DNA of 64,000 nucleotides. Source: a virus. Its lineage: Duplodnaviria > Caudoviricetes. This document shows, piece by piece, positions 49,713-60,844 of this stretch. Both the position numbers and the translations under genes were made by a program. Every line of letters starts with the position of its first letter. Position 1 is the first letter of the stretch. The notes under the pieces were generated by a model. The model saw only the letters and a program-made list of their open reading frames with translations. It did no database searches and was not told the origin of the DNA. The stretch lies in IMG/VR virus record IMGVR_UViG_2623620477_000001, positions 10,075-74,074 of that record. One strand, 5' to 3'.

Positions 49713-50383
49713 TGTGACTAACCTCCATTATCTTTAAGAGTTTGTAGTAATTTCTTTTCTTGCCACAACTTTTTTCACAAATAACAAGTCTGATATATGG
49801 ACTTTCGATTTTTGGTGATTTCAAACATTTTCTTGCTTTGTCAAGATTCTTAGGTACTGTCTCAAAAAATCCAACCCAACGATACAAATTACAATCAAAA
49901 TATTCAGTTCTCAATACTTGCATCTCACCCCTCCACAACAGATTCTTTTAATTTTTTCATAAGTTCATTAACTTTCTGAATTACAATCTGAGGTTCATCA
50001 CCACCGATATTTCTATCCCACATATCATTAGCCATATCGATTAGTGCCTCTCTGATTTCTTCGATTTTTTCACACTTTGTTTTGTGCATCCAATTTTCTT
50101 CAAGGGTTTCAAGATTCTTAATAATCTCATCCATTAGGCAACCTCCTCGAAGAAATCTTCGTAGAAGATTCGTGTTCCTAAGAACTGAACGTAGAGACCG
50201 TCTTTGCAATCTCTAACAACGCGGTCAAACACATACTGTTTTCCGTTGTACTCAACGTCAAACCTTACTGTGTTTCCTTCGTAGAACTTTGAAATGTCAC
50301 ATTTGATTTTCATTTCACATACAAACGCTTTCATTTCCATACGTTTCTCCTTGCGGGGCATTTGCACCGACTTAATTTATTTA

Positions 50384-50665
50384 TTACTCGAAGTCTGCTT
50401 CGGGATAATATTCTTTTACAATTTCAGTTACGACTTCTTCGTAGAGGTCGCAGGCTGGGTAGAAATCTCCATCGCTTTCGGATAACTTACATTCAGTTTC
50501 CACTACATCGATTACTCCATCCATCAACCAACCTTTTGCTTCGTTTGCGTTATAATCTCCGAATTTCATATCACCTTCAGAGCCATAACTTTCAATTTCC
50601 TTGATTTGTTCTCTTACTGAATTAGTGATTATCTTTCTAAGTTCTTCTTTTCTTGACTGCTCCAT
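50384..50665 (-). CDS. Hypothetical acidic protein
   Basis: AAGGAGG RBS; first gene after promoter. Confidence 0.65.
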   Translation of the reverse strand: MEQSRKEELRKIITNSVREQIKEIESYGSEGDMKFGDYNANEAKGWLMDGVIDVVETECKLSESDGDFYPACDLYEEVVTEIVKEYYPEADFE

Positions 50666-50686
50666 TTGGTAGCCTCCTTGCTTTTA

Positions 50687-50777
50687 TTCGCACGTGCGAA
50701 CTTACTTTGTTCTTGTTTTGATTCAAGTTATTTTTTAATCTATGATTCTATTATAGCAGATTATAGCAGATTGTCAA
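50687..50777 (-). promoter_or_regulatory. Consensus sigma70 promoter with downstream palindrome
   Basis: TTGACA-16nt-TATAAT-AGAATCATA; spacer has tandem CTGCTATAAT; palindrome at 50687-50700. Confidence 0.85.
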
Positions 50778-50808
50778 GCGAAAAAAGAAAAATATTTTCT
50801 GTTTTTAC

Positions 50809-50844
50809 TTGACAGATTACTCATACTACATTACATTAAAGGTA
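50809..50844 (+). promoter_or_regulatory. Divergent promoter giving probable leaderless mRNA
   Basis: TTGACA-17nt-TACATT-6nt-ATG, no SD. Confidence 0.65.
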
Positions 50845-51161
50845 TGAATGTAGATAAACCAAAAATTAACTTCGGAACTCGCGTTGACGAACTTCTTACA
50901 ATGCGTAACATTTCTGCAAGAGATTTCTATACAGCAATTGGTATTGCACCACAAGCATATTACGATTGGAAGAAGAAAGACCAAGTTCCGTATGCAACGA
51001 CCGCACTTAAAGTAGCAAACTACTTTGGAGTTACAGTTGAGTATCTGATTACTGGCGAAACAGATAACCCACTTCAGAAAAAAGTCGAAGAATTACAAAA
51101 ACGCAATTTGGAGCTCGCCAACAAACTGCGTGTAATTGCTGACGAACTCGCTACTTCTTAG
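50844..51161 (+). CDS. XRE-family HTH transcriptional regulator
   Basis: GI...AY..WK....P...T..K.A..FGVTVEYLITG. Confidence 0.9.
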   Translation: MNVDKPKINFGTRVDELLTMRNISARDFYTAIGIAPQAYYDWKKKDQVPYATTALKVANYFGVTVEYLITGETDNPLQKKVEELQKRNLELANKLRVIADELATS

Positions 51162-51340
51162 TTCTTTTCAAATGAGTCAAATGGTAATAGCCACATTCCT
51201 TGCAGTAATATTTTCTGCAGGGAATGGTTTTACCACGATGATTCCACTTAAAATGAGTATTTTTGAAATAGTGGATCTGCTCGCCAGCCTCTCGTTCTGT
51301 ATAACATCTTTTTCCTGTAGCGTTGCAATAAGTATAAACC

Positions 51341-51949
51341 TCACTCACAATGAGTCTCCTTGAACCATTTGTTATAAGCGTCATATCTGCCTTGAATTGA
51401 AAGTAAATCTATTTCTTCTTTACTTTCTTCACACCAATTCAAGAACGCAAACCACAAACCGCAACAATTCGGCTCACTACAACCACAACGATATACACAA
51501 TGAGGTACAAGGACATCTGCTTCAAGAGGATATACTTTTGAAAGTTCAATCTTAAAATCCTCTGCCAACAATCTTGCCTCATCAGTAGCCTTTCGACACA
51601 ACCTCTTGCGAAAAGAATCAATCAGATTCTGTTCGTTTGCCCAACCGATATAATCAACTGGCGCATCCTGTCGCGCAGCATTTCTGTCGTAGTCGCCCTG
51701 TCTATCGTTTCGCTGACTTGAGATAGTTTTTTCAAACTTATGTCTGCTCCATTCAGTTGAAACCCAATATTTTATATTATCCCACTTCCAATAAAACTCT
51801 ATCTGACGTATTGGAGAATGTTCAGAAATAAGCAACTTCTTCTTAAACTCCACAGAGGCTTCATTATCAGTGAACTCCTTTCGCATTGAACTTCTACAGC
51901 AATTTTTAATCAGTTTCCAATCTACTATGGATTTTAGAAAGTGTGTCAT
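51341..51949 (-). CDS. ThyX-like FAD-dependent thymidylate synthase family protein
   Basis: EHSPIR, SRHK.....SQRNDR, KRLC.KA..E.R, C.YR..C.E. Confidence 0.75.
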   Translation of the reverse strand: MTHFLKSIVDWKLIKNCCRSSMRKEFTDNEASVEFKKKLLISEHSPIRQIEFYWKWDNIKYWVSTEWSRHKFEKTISSQRNDRQGDYDRNAARQDAPVDYIGWANEQNLIDSFRKRLCRKATDEARLLAEDFKIELSKVYPLEADVLVPHCVYRCGCSEPNCCGLWFAFLNWCEESKEEIDLLSIQGRYDAYNKWFKETHCE

Positions 51950-52365
51950 TTAATACTCCTTTTACGTTATCATTTTCTTTAATCATTTCTTCCGCAAGTT
52001 CTTTCTTTCCAATATCTCTACCTGCATTAAAGGCTCGTCTTGCATACAAAGCATCTTCTTCTCCAATAGGCTTCCCATATGCTGATTCATACCACTCCTC
52101 GAAAGTTGTCATTCAATACCACCTCTCTGAATCAAACCACTTACCTTTTCTTGTGCCTGGCGCTTTACTGCCTCCGATTCAACCTGTTTTATTTTTGACT
52201 TAAGTCCTTTAAGCATAGAAACAAGACTGTCGCAATAAACACAAAGTTCATCGGAATCAGCCTCAAAGTCATCAACATTTTTTGCAAGTTCATTAAACAC
52301 TTGGAATATTCCGCTATCGTGAAAATAGTTTCCAATAGGTGTGTTTTCAATCTGTGATAATTTCA

Positions 52366-52821
52366 TTATCTGTCCTCCCTAAATAAATAACCGTCCTCTG
52401 CAGCGATTCTATAAAGCACTTCAATCAGCACCGAAAGTTCTTTTGTATTCGCTGTTGCTATACTTGCAGGAATTGTCTTTCCTGTTGTTGAAAAAGGAAT
52501 CTCTATCGCTCTCCAAAGACCTTCATCCATAGCGCGATACTTAACTACTTCTGCAACCTCTTGTTTTGTCATTCCGCGGAATCTTCCGTATTCAGTACAC
52601 ATAGCAAAAAACTTTCCAAGTTCCTTTTGTGTCTTAGGCTTATACGGCGGTGATAACTCAACTTCAACATACGAATTATATTTCTGCTGACACCAAGAAA
52701 TAATATCATTTATAGATGTCTTCAGTGCATGTTCATTTATTTCAAGTAAAAGCATTCCGTCTTTAACAGACCAGCTTTCAACCCTCATCACTGCCATCGC
52801 TTTTTCCATTACCCACCTCAA
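52366..52821 (-). CDS. NinB-like recombination protein
   Basis: KT..E...FFA...E, S.A....KE.S.LIE.L...AAE.G. Confidence 0.5.
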   Translation of the reverse strand: MRWVMEKAMAVMRVESWSVKDGMLLLEINEHALKTSINDIISWCQQKYNSYVEVELSPPYKPKTQKELGKFFAMCTEYGRFRGMTKQEVAEVVKYRAMDEGLWRAIEIPFSTTGKTIPASIATANTKELSVLIEVLYRIAAEDGYLFREDR

Positions 52822-53899
52822 TTACAAAATAAATTTTCCCACACACTTCAAGTCTGCGGATCTCGCCAATTTCATAATATGAATCCAAAATCTTAATCAT
52901 TACTTTTTTATCAGCGTCACCACCGTGCCCAATATCCTGTAACTTATTTGTCAGTTTTTGTATTATCATTTATTTTTACCTCAACTTCTTTGAACTTTAA
53001 TTTCAAATCATTCTTCTCAACTCTCACTTTTGTAAGTTCTCCTTCAAGAATATCAACGATAATTTGTTTTATTTTACCTTGGTTTTCAAAGAAAATTTTA
53101 TCAGTGATTCTATCAAGAGGCAGGTTCTTACCTTCCTGCTCATATTTATACTGTCTAATTCCATCTGTAACACAACCAAGCATTATATCAATAGGTAAAT
53201 CAATTACCCGAGAGAGTTCAGTCTCATTGTCTTCTAAATCTTTGATAGATTTATACAGCCTTGTAATTTTCTCATATTGATTTTCAGTCATTACCACACT
53301 CCGTTTTCAATTACTTTATAGATATTTGCGAACAAACGACCTTTTACGCGGTCCACTTCTTCATAGAGTTCCAAGATATTCTTCTTAAAATCTTCAATTG
53401 CATCCTCTTTTGTTTTTCCGTGTCCTTCGTGCCCGAACATGTCAATGCTTATTGCGATGTCAGATGCACAATGAAACCCAGCCCTCCAACCGTCTTTTTC
53501 TTCGGTTACTTCTATTTTCAATTCTTCATCCATTACTTATTCTCCTTAATTACAATTCTTTCGTGCCACGGTTTTTCCATTGGCAGTTCTATTGTCAAAC
53601 TTCCACGCATTTTTCTTTTCTGCTTGAAGTGTTCCTTTCGGTCTTTCTTCTTTTGATTTTTACTTCGAGTATCTGGAAACAAATCATCAATAGAATCAGA
53701 ACGAACTACTGGCTGACCGTTTAAGGTGATTTTCCAATCATTCAGATTCATTTCTTCTTCCTTTTCTGGATATACCAAATCAATTCAATAATCAAAACGA
53801 AAACAACAAACATTCCGATTATCACAAACGGATGCTTAATCAAAAACTCCATTTGTGTAAGGTGGATATAATCGCTGATTATTTGTTTCATTATTCCTC

Positions 53900-54382
53900 C
53901 TAATACATAGTTGCAGTAATTGTATTACCTTCTTTCAAAATAAGTTTTCCTTCTTTGAAATCAACATCATCCTTAATTACAGTCCACAAAAGATAAGGTG
54001 TCATCACTCTTTTATTTGCAATCCAATTTTCAATACGTCTGTAAGCAAGAAGATTTGGTTCACCGTCTTTTTCATAAATACAAGAAAGAAGTTCTTTTGG
54101 AAGCAACGAACTTAAAGCGTCAATATCTGTAAGTTCATCAAAAGACTTTTCTATATCTTCATCTTTTATAGGATCGTAATGGTTCATCATTATATCCTTG
54201 AGAAATCCAAGAGAATCTTTTGTTACTACATCCATAAGTGCCTGTGGGTCTTTTATTTCAATTACACCAAAAGTACCGCCATTCCATTTAGCACCTTGTT
54301 TTGTAAGTTCTTCTTTTGTTCTTGGAAACATTTCATTATTACCGTAAATCTGCACACCATTTACATAAAATCTGTTACTCAT
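53900..54382 (-). CDS. Hypothetical protein
   Basis: ATGA overlap with upstream gene. Confidence 0.6.
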   Translation of the reverse strand: MSNRFYVNGVQIYGNNEMFPRTKEELTKQGAKWNGGTFGVIEIKDPQALMDVVTKDSLGFLKDIMMNHYDPIKDEDIEKSFDELTDIDALSSLLPKELLSCIYEKDGEPNLLAYRRIENWIANKRVMTPYLLWTVIKDDVDFKEGKLILKEGNTITATMY

Positions 54383-54792
54383 TGTAATTTCTCCTCAATC
54401 AATTTCTGCAATTCATCCAACTTATCAGCATTACACAATCTGATAATCTCGGCTTTCAAATCGTCATCGTACTTGATGTAACGGTGTCGCAGAACTTCCA
54501 TTTTCTCCAAGTCCTGCTTGTGATGTTCCTCAAGCCAACCTTGATAACTGATTAAGTTATCTCCGTACTTCCATACGTTGTGATGTTTCCAATGATGCTT
54601 TGAACATTGAGTGTATGCGTTTGGCGGATAAAACCTTAATGCAGGATTCGAACCAACGGTAAAGAAGTGACTACACTCCAATTGACCGTAGCAAGGCTCG
54701 TAATCTTTTATCATACATCTGCAATCCCTTCTTTTGATTGCGTTATTAAATGCTGTCTGAACTTTTTCAATAGGTATCTTGTGTCTGCGCAT
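54379..54792 (-). CDS. NinG/Rap-like HNH junction endonuclease
   Basis: FN..I..RD..C, C.H....GS...LRF...N...QC..H. Confidence 0.8.
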   Translation of the reverse strand: MRRHKIPIEKVQTAFNNAIKRRDCRCMIKDYEPCYGQLECSHFFTVGSNPALRFYPPNAYTQCSKHHWKHHNVWKYGDNLISYQGWLEEHHKQDLEKMEVLRHRYIKYDDDLKAEIIRLCNADKLDELQKLIEEKLQ

Positions 54793-55452
54793 TTTCTCCC
54801 TCGTTTTTCAAATATCCTTCAACATCTGACACAGCCTTCAATTTTTCAATAGCAACAGAGAATACAATCTTAGGTCTGTAATCTTCGGGATATGTAAACC
54901 GTTCGTACTCTCGTTTACAATACGCAACTCCTGCCGCTTGAAAACCTCCATTATCAACCAACACTACTGGAAGATGACCTTTCTCAAAATCTTCCCACTT
55001 TGGAAATATCAATCCTTCCCACGCAAATGAACAATTTGACTGCAACCATTCAGGCTTATTTGAAACTTCTACATAACAACCCATTACAATTCCACTCCTT
55101 TTTCCATTTTTTTCTGTAAGCTCTTTTACGACCGCTTCGTGCATATCATTTGCTTCATTGTCTATATATCCTTTTTTGTGCAACTTCAAAGCACCATTAC
55201 TTTCAAAGAATATTTCTCTTGAAACATCAGCATCTTTATACTCACCACTTGCATCATCAACATAAAACGCCATTGTTTCGTAATGTCGTTTAAGACCTAT
55301 TTCTTCAAGTTTTCCATTCAGATACATCGCTCCGACAGTAGAAACAACAACTTTTATATCACCACATTCAAGAAGTGTATTTCTTCTGAACTTACAACTC
55401 TCCGCACATATAAAATGCCCTGCCCAACCCCTTTCTGTTCTTTTGACTTCCA

Positions 55453-56658
55453 TTACGCAACCTCCTTTAGTTCGAGCCATTTATTCATAACTGCCTTTAC
55501 CTTTGGACTTGGAAGACAATTACCTCTGTCGTGTTCATCTGCATAGAACTGTCCGATTTTATTGCCCTTAAACAACTGTGCGGTAGCAATCGGTTTTCCG
55601 TTCTTTCTGATAAACACAAGTACACATTTTTTATTGATTACATCCGAAACATAATCACAGGCAATTAAACATTGATGTAGCACATCTGCCTGTTCTTTGA
55701 TTTCCTCAACCGTTTCTGGAACATATACACAATAGCCGTCTATGTCCATTTTGTACTTGAGCCATTTCTTTACAGCCTTTGAATACTTCTCTTGTTTAAT
55801 CTTAAGTTTCTCAATTGCTACAAGTTCCTTAATACGATTTATTTCCTCGCGAAGTTCATCGTGCTTTTTCTGCAAGTCTTTCGGATAAAGCCAATACTCA
55901 CTTTTAATATCGTGTGTACTCTCTTTAAGCATCTTGTAGTAATCTCGATAAAGGAACACAGTCCTAGAATTAAGTTGCCCGATTTTCTTTAGATACTTGT
56001 ATACATCGTACCTAACCTTAGAATAGATAAAACAGAAATGATGATACTCTGCATACTCTTCTTCTGACAGTTTGTATTTCAGAATTGTCTGAATCTCGCT
56101 TAGATTAAGTCTCTTACTGCTTTCGTGGGTTCGGATATAATTCACGATCTCCTTGCGTTTCTTTTCTGTCTGTTTCCAAAATCTCAAGTTCAATGCTACG
56201 CACTCAAATCCTGCAGAAAGTAGAAATTCAACTTCTTTATGTTCTTTCCAAATACGCAACGCAATCATTGTTTTTGCAAGAGTTGATTTCCACTTGTTGA
56301 GAACCCACTTAAACTCTGGATATTTGCTTAATATCACGGCGCGGTCTTTTTCAGAAATAATATCAGAATACCAACGGAACACTTTCACTGTTGACGCATC
56401 TCCCCACTTTTCTAAGTTCTGTTCAAAAGTACAAGTTCCATTGTTGTATAAAGAAACGACATCTTTCGGAAACGCAACTCTATATCCACTATACCCATTG
56501 TAGTAGAGATTTCGACACTCGCTATCACCGTTTTCCCATTCACGATAAATGTCGAGTTTGCGGTGGCTTTCTGCTTTTCTCTTTGGATATGCGGTTACTA
56601 TACGAACAACTTCACCTTTGACAATTTTAAGGCGGTCTGAATAATCACATACATACAT
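55453..56658 (-). CDS. PcfJ-domain protein
   Basis: YRDY..M......LYPKDL...HD, P.T..E......LH.C. Confidence 0.8.
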   Translation of the reverse strand: MYVCDYSDRLKIVKGEVVRIVTAYPKRKAESHRKLDIYREWENGDSECRNLYYNGYSGYRVAFPKDVVSLYNNGTCTFEQNLEKWGDASTVKVFRWYSDIISEKDRAVILSKYPEFKWVLNKWKSTLAKTMIALRIWKEHKEVEFLLSAGFECVALNLRFWKQTEKKRKEIVNYIRTHESSKRLNLSEIQTILKYKLSEEEYAEYHHFCFIYSKVRYDVYKYLKKIGQLNSRTVFLYRDYYKMLKESTHDIKSEYWLYPKDLQKKHDELREEINRIKELVAIEKLKIKQEKYSKAVKKWLKYKMDIDGYCVYVPETVEEIKEQADVLHQCLIACDYVSDVINKKCVLVFIRKNGKPIATAQLFKGNKIGQFYADEHDRGNCLPSPKVKAVMNKWLELKEVA

Positions 56659-56667
56659 ATCAGTCTC

Positions 56668-57027
56668 CTAGAAAAAGTCAAAGAACAACTGACCATTGCT
56701 GTCTTGGGTTTTCTTGACAACTGATACGTCTTTCTTTTCTACAACAACTGGCTCTGCCTTAGTCTTAATTTCTGTTACAACTTTCTTTTCTGCCTCTTTT
56801 GGAAGAACCTCAAGGTAATAATCTCTTGCCCACTTAAATACAATTGCATATTCAATCATTGCACATTGACCTACTGCCTTTTTTCGTGCTTCAGATGTAA
56901 TGTACTTAAAACAATCCTTAATCTTGCTCGGAACATATAAAGTACGAAGTGCTTCGTCTTTCTGAATCTGTTCCTCCAAGTAACGTTTTACCACTTCTTC
57001 CTGTGGATTTAATTTTTCATCAGCCAT
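56668..57027 (-). CDS. PcfK-like (AcrIIA9-related family) protein
   Basis: K.IKDCF.YI.SEARKK....CAMI....VF.WA.DYY, C-terminal QL.FDF; adjacent to PcfJ. Confidence 0.75.
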   Translation of the reverse strand: MADEKLNPQEEVVKRYLEEQIQKDEALRTLYVPSKIKDCFKYITSEARKKAVGQCAMIEYAIVFKWARDYYLEVLPKEAEKKVVTEIKTKAEPVVVEKKDVSVVKKTQDSNGQLFFDFF

Positions 57028-57179
57028 TAAATAACTCCTTAAGCGTTTTCGATTTCACTCCATACGGAATGATGCAGTTTCTCTCCGACTTCTGACAACG
57101 CATAATGTCGGAGACTACCCTGTTTCGCGGTAGTAGTTTAGCCTCGCTGTCGCCGTGGGAAGGTGTAGCGACAGTTTTA

Positions 57180-57243
57180 CTGCGACAGCAGGATTCGAAC
57201 CTGCGGAATAAAAGACGTTGCCTTACCGCTTGGCTATGTCGCA
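57180..57243 (-). tRNA. tRNA-Gln-like pseudo-tRNA lacking an anticodon arm
   Basis: TGCGACA TA GCC AAGCGGTAA GGC A [ACGTCTTTTATTCC] GCAGG TTCGAAT CCTGC TGTCGCA G: perfect acceptor, D and T arms, collapsed anticodon region. Confidence 0.7.
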
Positions 57244-57304
57244 GAGAACGGCATCAGACTGTGTGGGAATCTGAATTGGGGACAGAACACAGTCTTAGCC
57301 GATA

Positions 57305-57378
57305 TGGAAGTGGCGAGGACTTGAACCTCACTCGGATTTGTACACAATCCTATACCAATTGGCTACTAACCCACTTCC
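57305..57378 (-). tRNA. Degenerate tRNA-like element with GTA at loop centre
   Basis: GGAAGTGG/CCACTTCC stem, GGATT-GTGTACA-AATCC arm, TGAGG-TTCAAGT-CCTCG T arm, aberrant D arm. Confidence 0.55.
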
Positions 57379-57575
57379 GAAAAGTTTTACATATTTACCA
57401 AAATCACCGCAATTATCATCGCAGTCATAAATCCACAACAGAAACTCCAAAAACTAAACACCATTTGTGGATTCTTCTTTCTTCGATATATTTTTCTATC
57501 ACTCATTTTCTTTTCCTCCCACTATAGAACCCCCGAACACATCCAATAAAAATCTGAACCTGTTCGGGGATCTGA

Positions 57576-58106
57576 TTAGAACGGAATGTCTTCAGGGAAA
57601 TCGCTCCCAAAATCATTGTTCGGCTGATAACCAACGTTATTCTGCGGTTGCTGATTCTGTGGAGCAGGTGTAAACTGTGGAGTTCCACTCTGCTGATATC
57701 CGTTGTTCTGATACTGCTGATTCTGATAACCATTCTGACTATTCTGTTGACCGTCTTTCTTGCTACCAAGCAACCAAACCTGTTGAGCATGAATAGCAAT
57801 CTTTGACTTCTTTTCACCCGTCTGTTTATCTTCCCAACGCTCTTGTTTCAGAATACCCTCAACGAGAATCTGCTGACCTTTCAGAAGATATGGTTTCAAG
57901 TTTTCTGCAGTCTTGCCCCAAATCGAAATATCGAAGTAACTTACTTCGTCAGCGTAACTTCCGTCTGGCTGTTTCTTACTTCTGTTTACGGCAATTGAAA
58001 CATTTGCTCTCGCAGTTCCATTTCCAATATAACCGAAATCTCTTTCGTTACTTCCCAAGTCTCTTGTAAGACGACCAATCAATTTGACATCATTTAAGTC
58101 TGTCAT
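57576..58106 (-). CDS. ssb: Single-stranded DNA-binding protein
   Basis: LIGRLTRD, SIAVNR, WGKTAE...YL.KG, Q/N-rich linker, EDIPF tail. Confidence 0.95.
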   Translation of the reverse strand: MTDLNDVKLIGRLTRDLGSNERDFGYIGNGTARANVSIAVNRSKKQPDGSYADEVSYFDISIWGKTAENLKPYLLKGQQILVEGILKQERWEDKQTGEKKSKIAIHAQQVWLLGSKKDGQQNSQNGYQNQQYQNNGYQQSGTPQFTPAPQNQQPQNNVGYQPNNDFGSDFPEDIPF

Positions 58107-58336
58107 TATTCCTCCTAAACAATTGCATACAATGTTACTTGACTCATCATAATAGCACCTTCGATTGTTCTTACCAATCTTTTATGAGCCTCCTCAAGTG
58201 GTGCTTCCTTATTTTCATTCGCCCATTTTTCGAATGTCTTAGCTGATACCTCTGCAAACTTTGTTATCATTTCTGACATGTGCTCTGCTTTTTCCATACT
58301 CTCTTTGTTTTCTTCTTCAGCCATTGGTAGACCTCC

Positions 58337-58642
58337 TTAATATCCACGCGAATAGGTAAAATAACTTTTTTCAAGACGTTTACGATTCAGTACAACTTCG
58401 GGTGTAGGTTTTAAGGTTTCATCTTTCTCCTGTATCTTTCTACGGCATCTTCCAACACTTTCGATTGTTGGGATTCCCATTTTACGATAACTTAAAAGAA
58501 AGTTTCTTGCATTCATTGTTGACAAATCTATGTTCATTTTCGCTAACAGATTGTCATACAATAAATCATCATCCCCTCTCGTAGCAGGTTTCTGCTTTAA
58601 GATTTCCTTTACAACTGGTTCTAACTCTTTAAGTTTAGTCAT
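58337..58642 (-). CDS. Hypothetical phage protein
   Basis: V..IL...P.TR.DD.LL, P..ESV.RCRRKIQE motif. Confidence 0.7.
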   Translation of the reverse strand: MTKLKELEPVVKEILKQKPATRGDDDLLYDNLLAKMNIDLSTMNARNFLLSYRKMGIPTIESVGRCRRKIQEKDETLKPTPEVVLNRKRLEKSYFTYSRGY

Positions 58643-58955
58643 ATTGCCCTCCCAAAATTAAGGCTTTTTGCACAACATCTAGTACCTTTCCACAGTTATT
58701 CAAAAAGTCGATAACGAATAACCACTTCAATAACATTTGCACCGCCAGCCACGGCTACCCATCTGTACACAGAGAACTTTCGACGAACCTTTTCTCAATG
58801 TTCCAATGAATTCATTACCTTTTAATTATTACTATACCTGTGTGTCTTTCCACACCGCCAATCCAATTTGCAGGTGGCTTTCGCCAATCTTGCTCGTCCG
58901 TTTTTTACCCACGCACTACAGGTATATTTTTCCCTCATACGAGGTACTTTACTGA

Positions 58956-59873
58956 TTAAAATGTGAGTTCCTTCACAGAATACTCAATTCCAAGAGCGTT
59001 CATTGCAGCTTTCATTTTCATTACGTCACTTTCGAAACATCTGACTGTAATTATATACTCATTGCGCTGTGGTGCTTTTGGTTTTTCCCCTCTTATGCTT
59101 GAAAGTGCCTGGTCTGCAAGGCTCGCTATCTCTTCTTTTTTACCGAAGTCTATAGCCTCTTTTGCAAGTTCTGACTGCTGACGTTCGATTTTTTCGGAGT
59201 GCTCACGCTCGGCTCTCTCCCTTGCCTCACGTTCTGCAACTTCTTTCTGTCTTTTAAGTTCTTCACCGTATTTAAGAGTATCTCCGATGTTCAGAGTCAT
59301 CAGATAATGGGCTTTCAATGTGTCCGCATTTTCCAATTGCTCGATTGATTTCAAGTCTTGGTATGTACGTGCAATTATCGAGTCCATTTCCTTGATGATT
59401 TCTGATTCTTTGAAAGTCTTGTTTAACCACTTCGGATTGAATACCTTTTCAAGCGGAAACAAATCAAACTTCTTGGTCTGCCAAAACAGTTCAATAGTTT
59501 TTCGTTTCTGCTCCTTCGCTTCATTGTCACGAATCTTTACGATTTCATCCAAAGCGTTACTTGCTGACTTGATTTTTGACTCAAGATTTTTACATCTTGT
59601 CTCGAAATCTTGATAAGGCTTCATCAGTTCTTCCATAAGGGCAATTCGTGACTTCCTGATTGTCTCACTTGCCTTATTTAATTCTGCCTTATCTTTTTTT
59701 GCGAGATCAGCATCGCCTTGATACTTTTCTGGGCGATAATCTTCAAGTCGCTTATCAACCATTGCTTCCAACTGACTGATATTTGTTTCAAGACTTCCAA
59801 TTGATTTTTCTGTAACTACAAGGTCTAAGGTTGTTGTCGGAACTTCTTCTGTAATCACTTCTACGCCACTCAT
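58956..59873 (-). CDS. DUF1351-family protein
   Basis: AKKD.A.LNK......R.......MKPY..FE, FNPKWLNKT; next to recombinase. Confidence 0.8.
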   Translation of the reverse strand: MSGVEVITEEVPTTTLDLVVTEKSIGSLETNISQLEAMVDKRLEDYRPEKYQGDADLAKKDKAELNKASETIRKSRIALMEELMKPYQDFETRCKNLESKIKSASNALDEIVKIRDNEAKEQKRKTIELFWQTKKFDLFPLEKVFNPKWLNKTFKESEIIKEMDSIIARTYQDLKSIEQLENADTLKAHYLMTLNIGDTLKYGEELKRQKEVAEREARERAEREHSEKIERQQSELAKEAIDFGKKEEIASLADQALSSIRGEKPKAPQRNEYIITVRCFESDVMKMKAAMNALGIEYSVKELTF

Positions 59874-60631
59874 ACAGCCACCTTAATACCTTTTGCATCT
59901 AAGTACGGATAACAGCGAGATAACTTATCCGCAATTACATTTTCATCATTTCCATTAAGTGCATCACGGCAAGCATTAAGAACTTCTTCTCTCATGTCGT
60001 TGCCATACTTTTCAACAATTTTCTGAAGTTTCGCTCTGTTATCACTTATTTGTCTTGCTTCTGTGAAGTTTTCTTCGGCGCGGTACTGTTCGGCACAAGT
60101 ATCGTTTACTGGTCTTAATTCTTCATCAGATGCAATGATTTTTCCTTCGGGAAGTTCATCTTCTGCGTAAGGCATACCGCCCATTTCATCGGGGAACGCA
60201 AGTCGCATACCCTGTTCAATACAAACTTTACGCATCATAAATCTTGGCATTTTCTGCCATACAGGTGAACTCTGTCGAACTTCTTCAAGAAACACTGTAT
60301 GTTCAAAAGGATGTTCCCAATCCTTACGCCAAATTGTAACTTTTGCTTTTGTTCCATCGTCATTTACTTGGCACTGCCAACCATTCAGTTTTCCTGTACG
60401 CTCTGCACGTTTCAGATAAACCTCATATCCAACGATGATGTTGAACTTGTTACCATATCCGACAGCGTAGATTTCACGCTTGAACGGATTCAACTTGTAC
60501 AACTGACACAACTCAAGGAACTGTGTCTGATACTGTGGTGGCAACTGTGTTCCCATGTTCTGCAACCACTCAATTGCTTTTGCCTTGAAATCAATCTGAT
60601 TATCAGGCATTACAACCACTTCATTTGCCAT
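59870..60631 (-). CDS. RecT/Bet-family ssDNA annealing recombinase
   Basis: FL.LC..Y.LNPFKREIY.V.YG, VGYEVYLKRAE, W.KMP..M.RK......R.AFP...GG.PY..DEL. Confidence 0.92.
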   Translation of the reverse strand: MANEVVVMPDNQIDFKAKAIEWLQNMGTQLPPQYQTQFLELCQLYKLNPFKREIYAVGYGNKFNIIVGYEVYLKRAERTGKLNGWQCQVNDDGTKAKVTIWRKDWEHPFEHTVFLEEVRQSSPVWQKMPRFMMRKVCIEQGMRLAFPDEMGGMPYAEDELPEGKIIASDEELRPVNDTCAEQYRAEENFTEARQISDNRAKLQKIVEKYGNDMREEVLNACRDALNGNDENVIADKLSRCYPYLDAKGIKVAV

Positions 60632-60844
60632 TAAATTTCCTCCTCATCATCTATAACTTCTATACATCGTTCAGTAATACCGCCGTATGTATAATTATTA
60701 TCAAACCTTAAATACACTGGCATTGTCGGATTTTGAGATTCAAGTTCTTGAAGATAATCTCTCAATTCACTCACTGTCATTGTTTTTCTAATTTGATCTT
60801 GTGGATAACCTTCTCGATTAGTCTGAATAACTACTCTCTGCATA

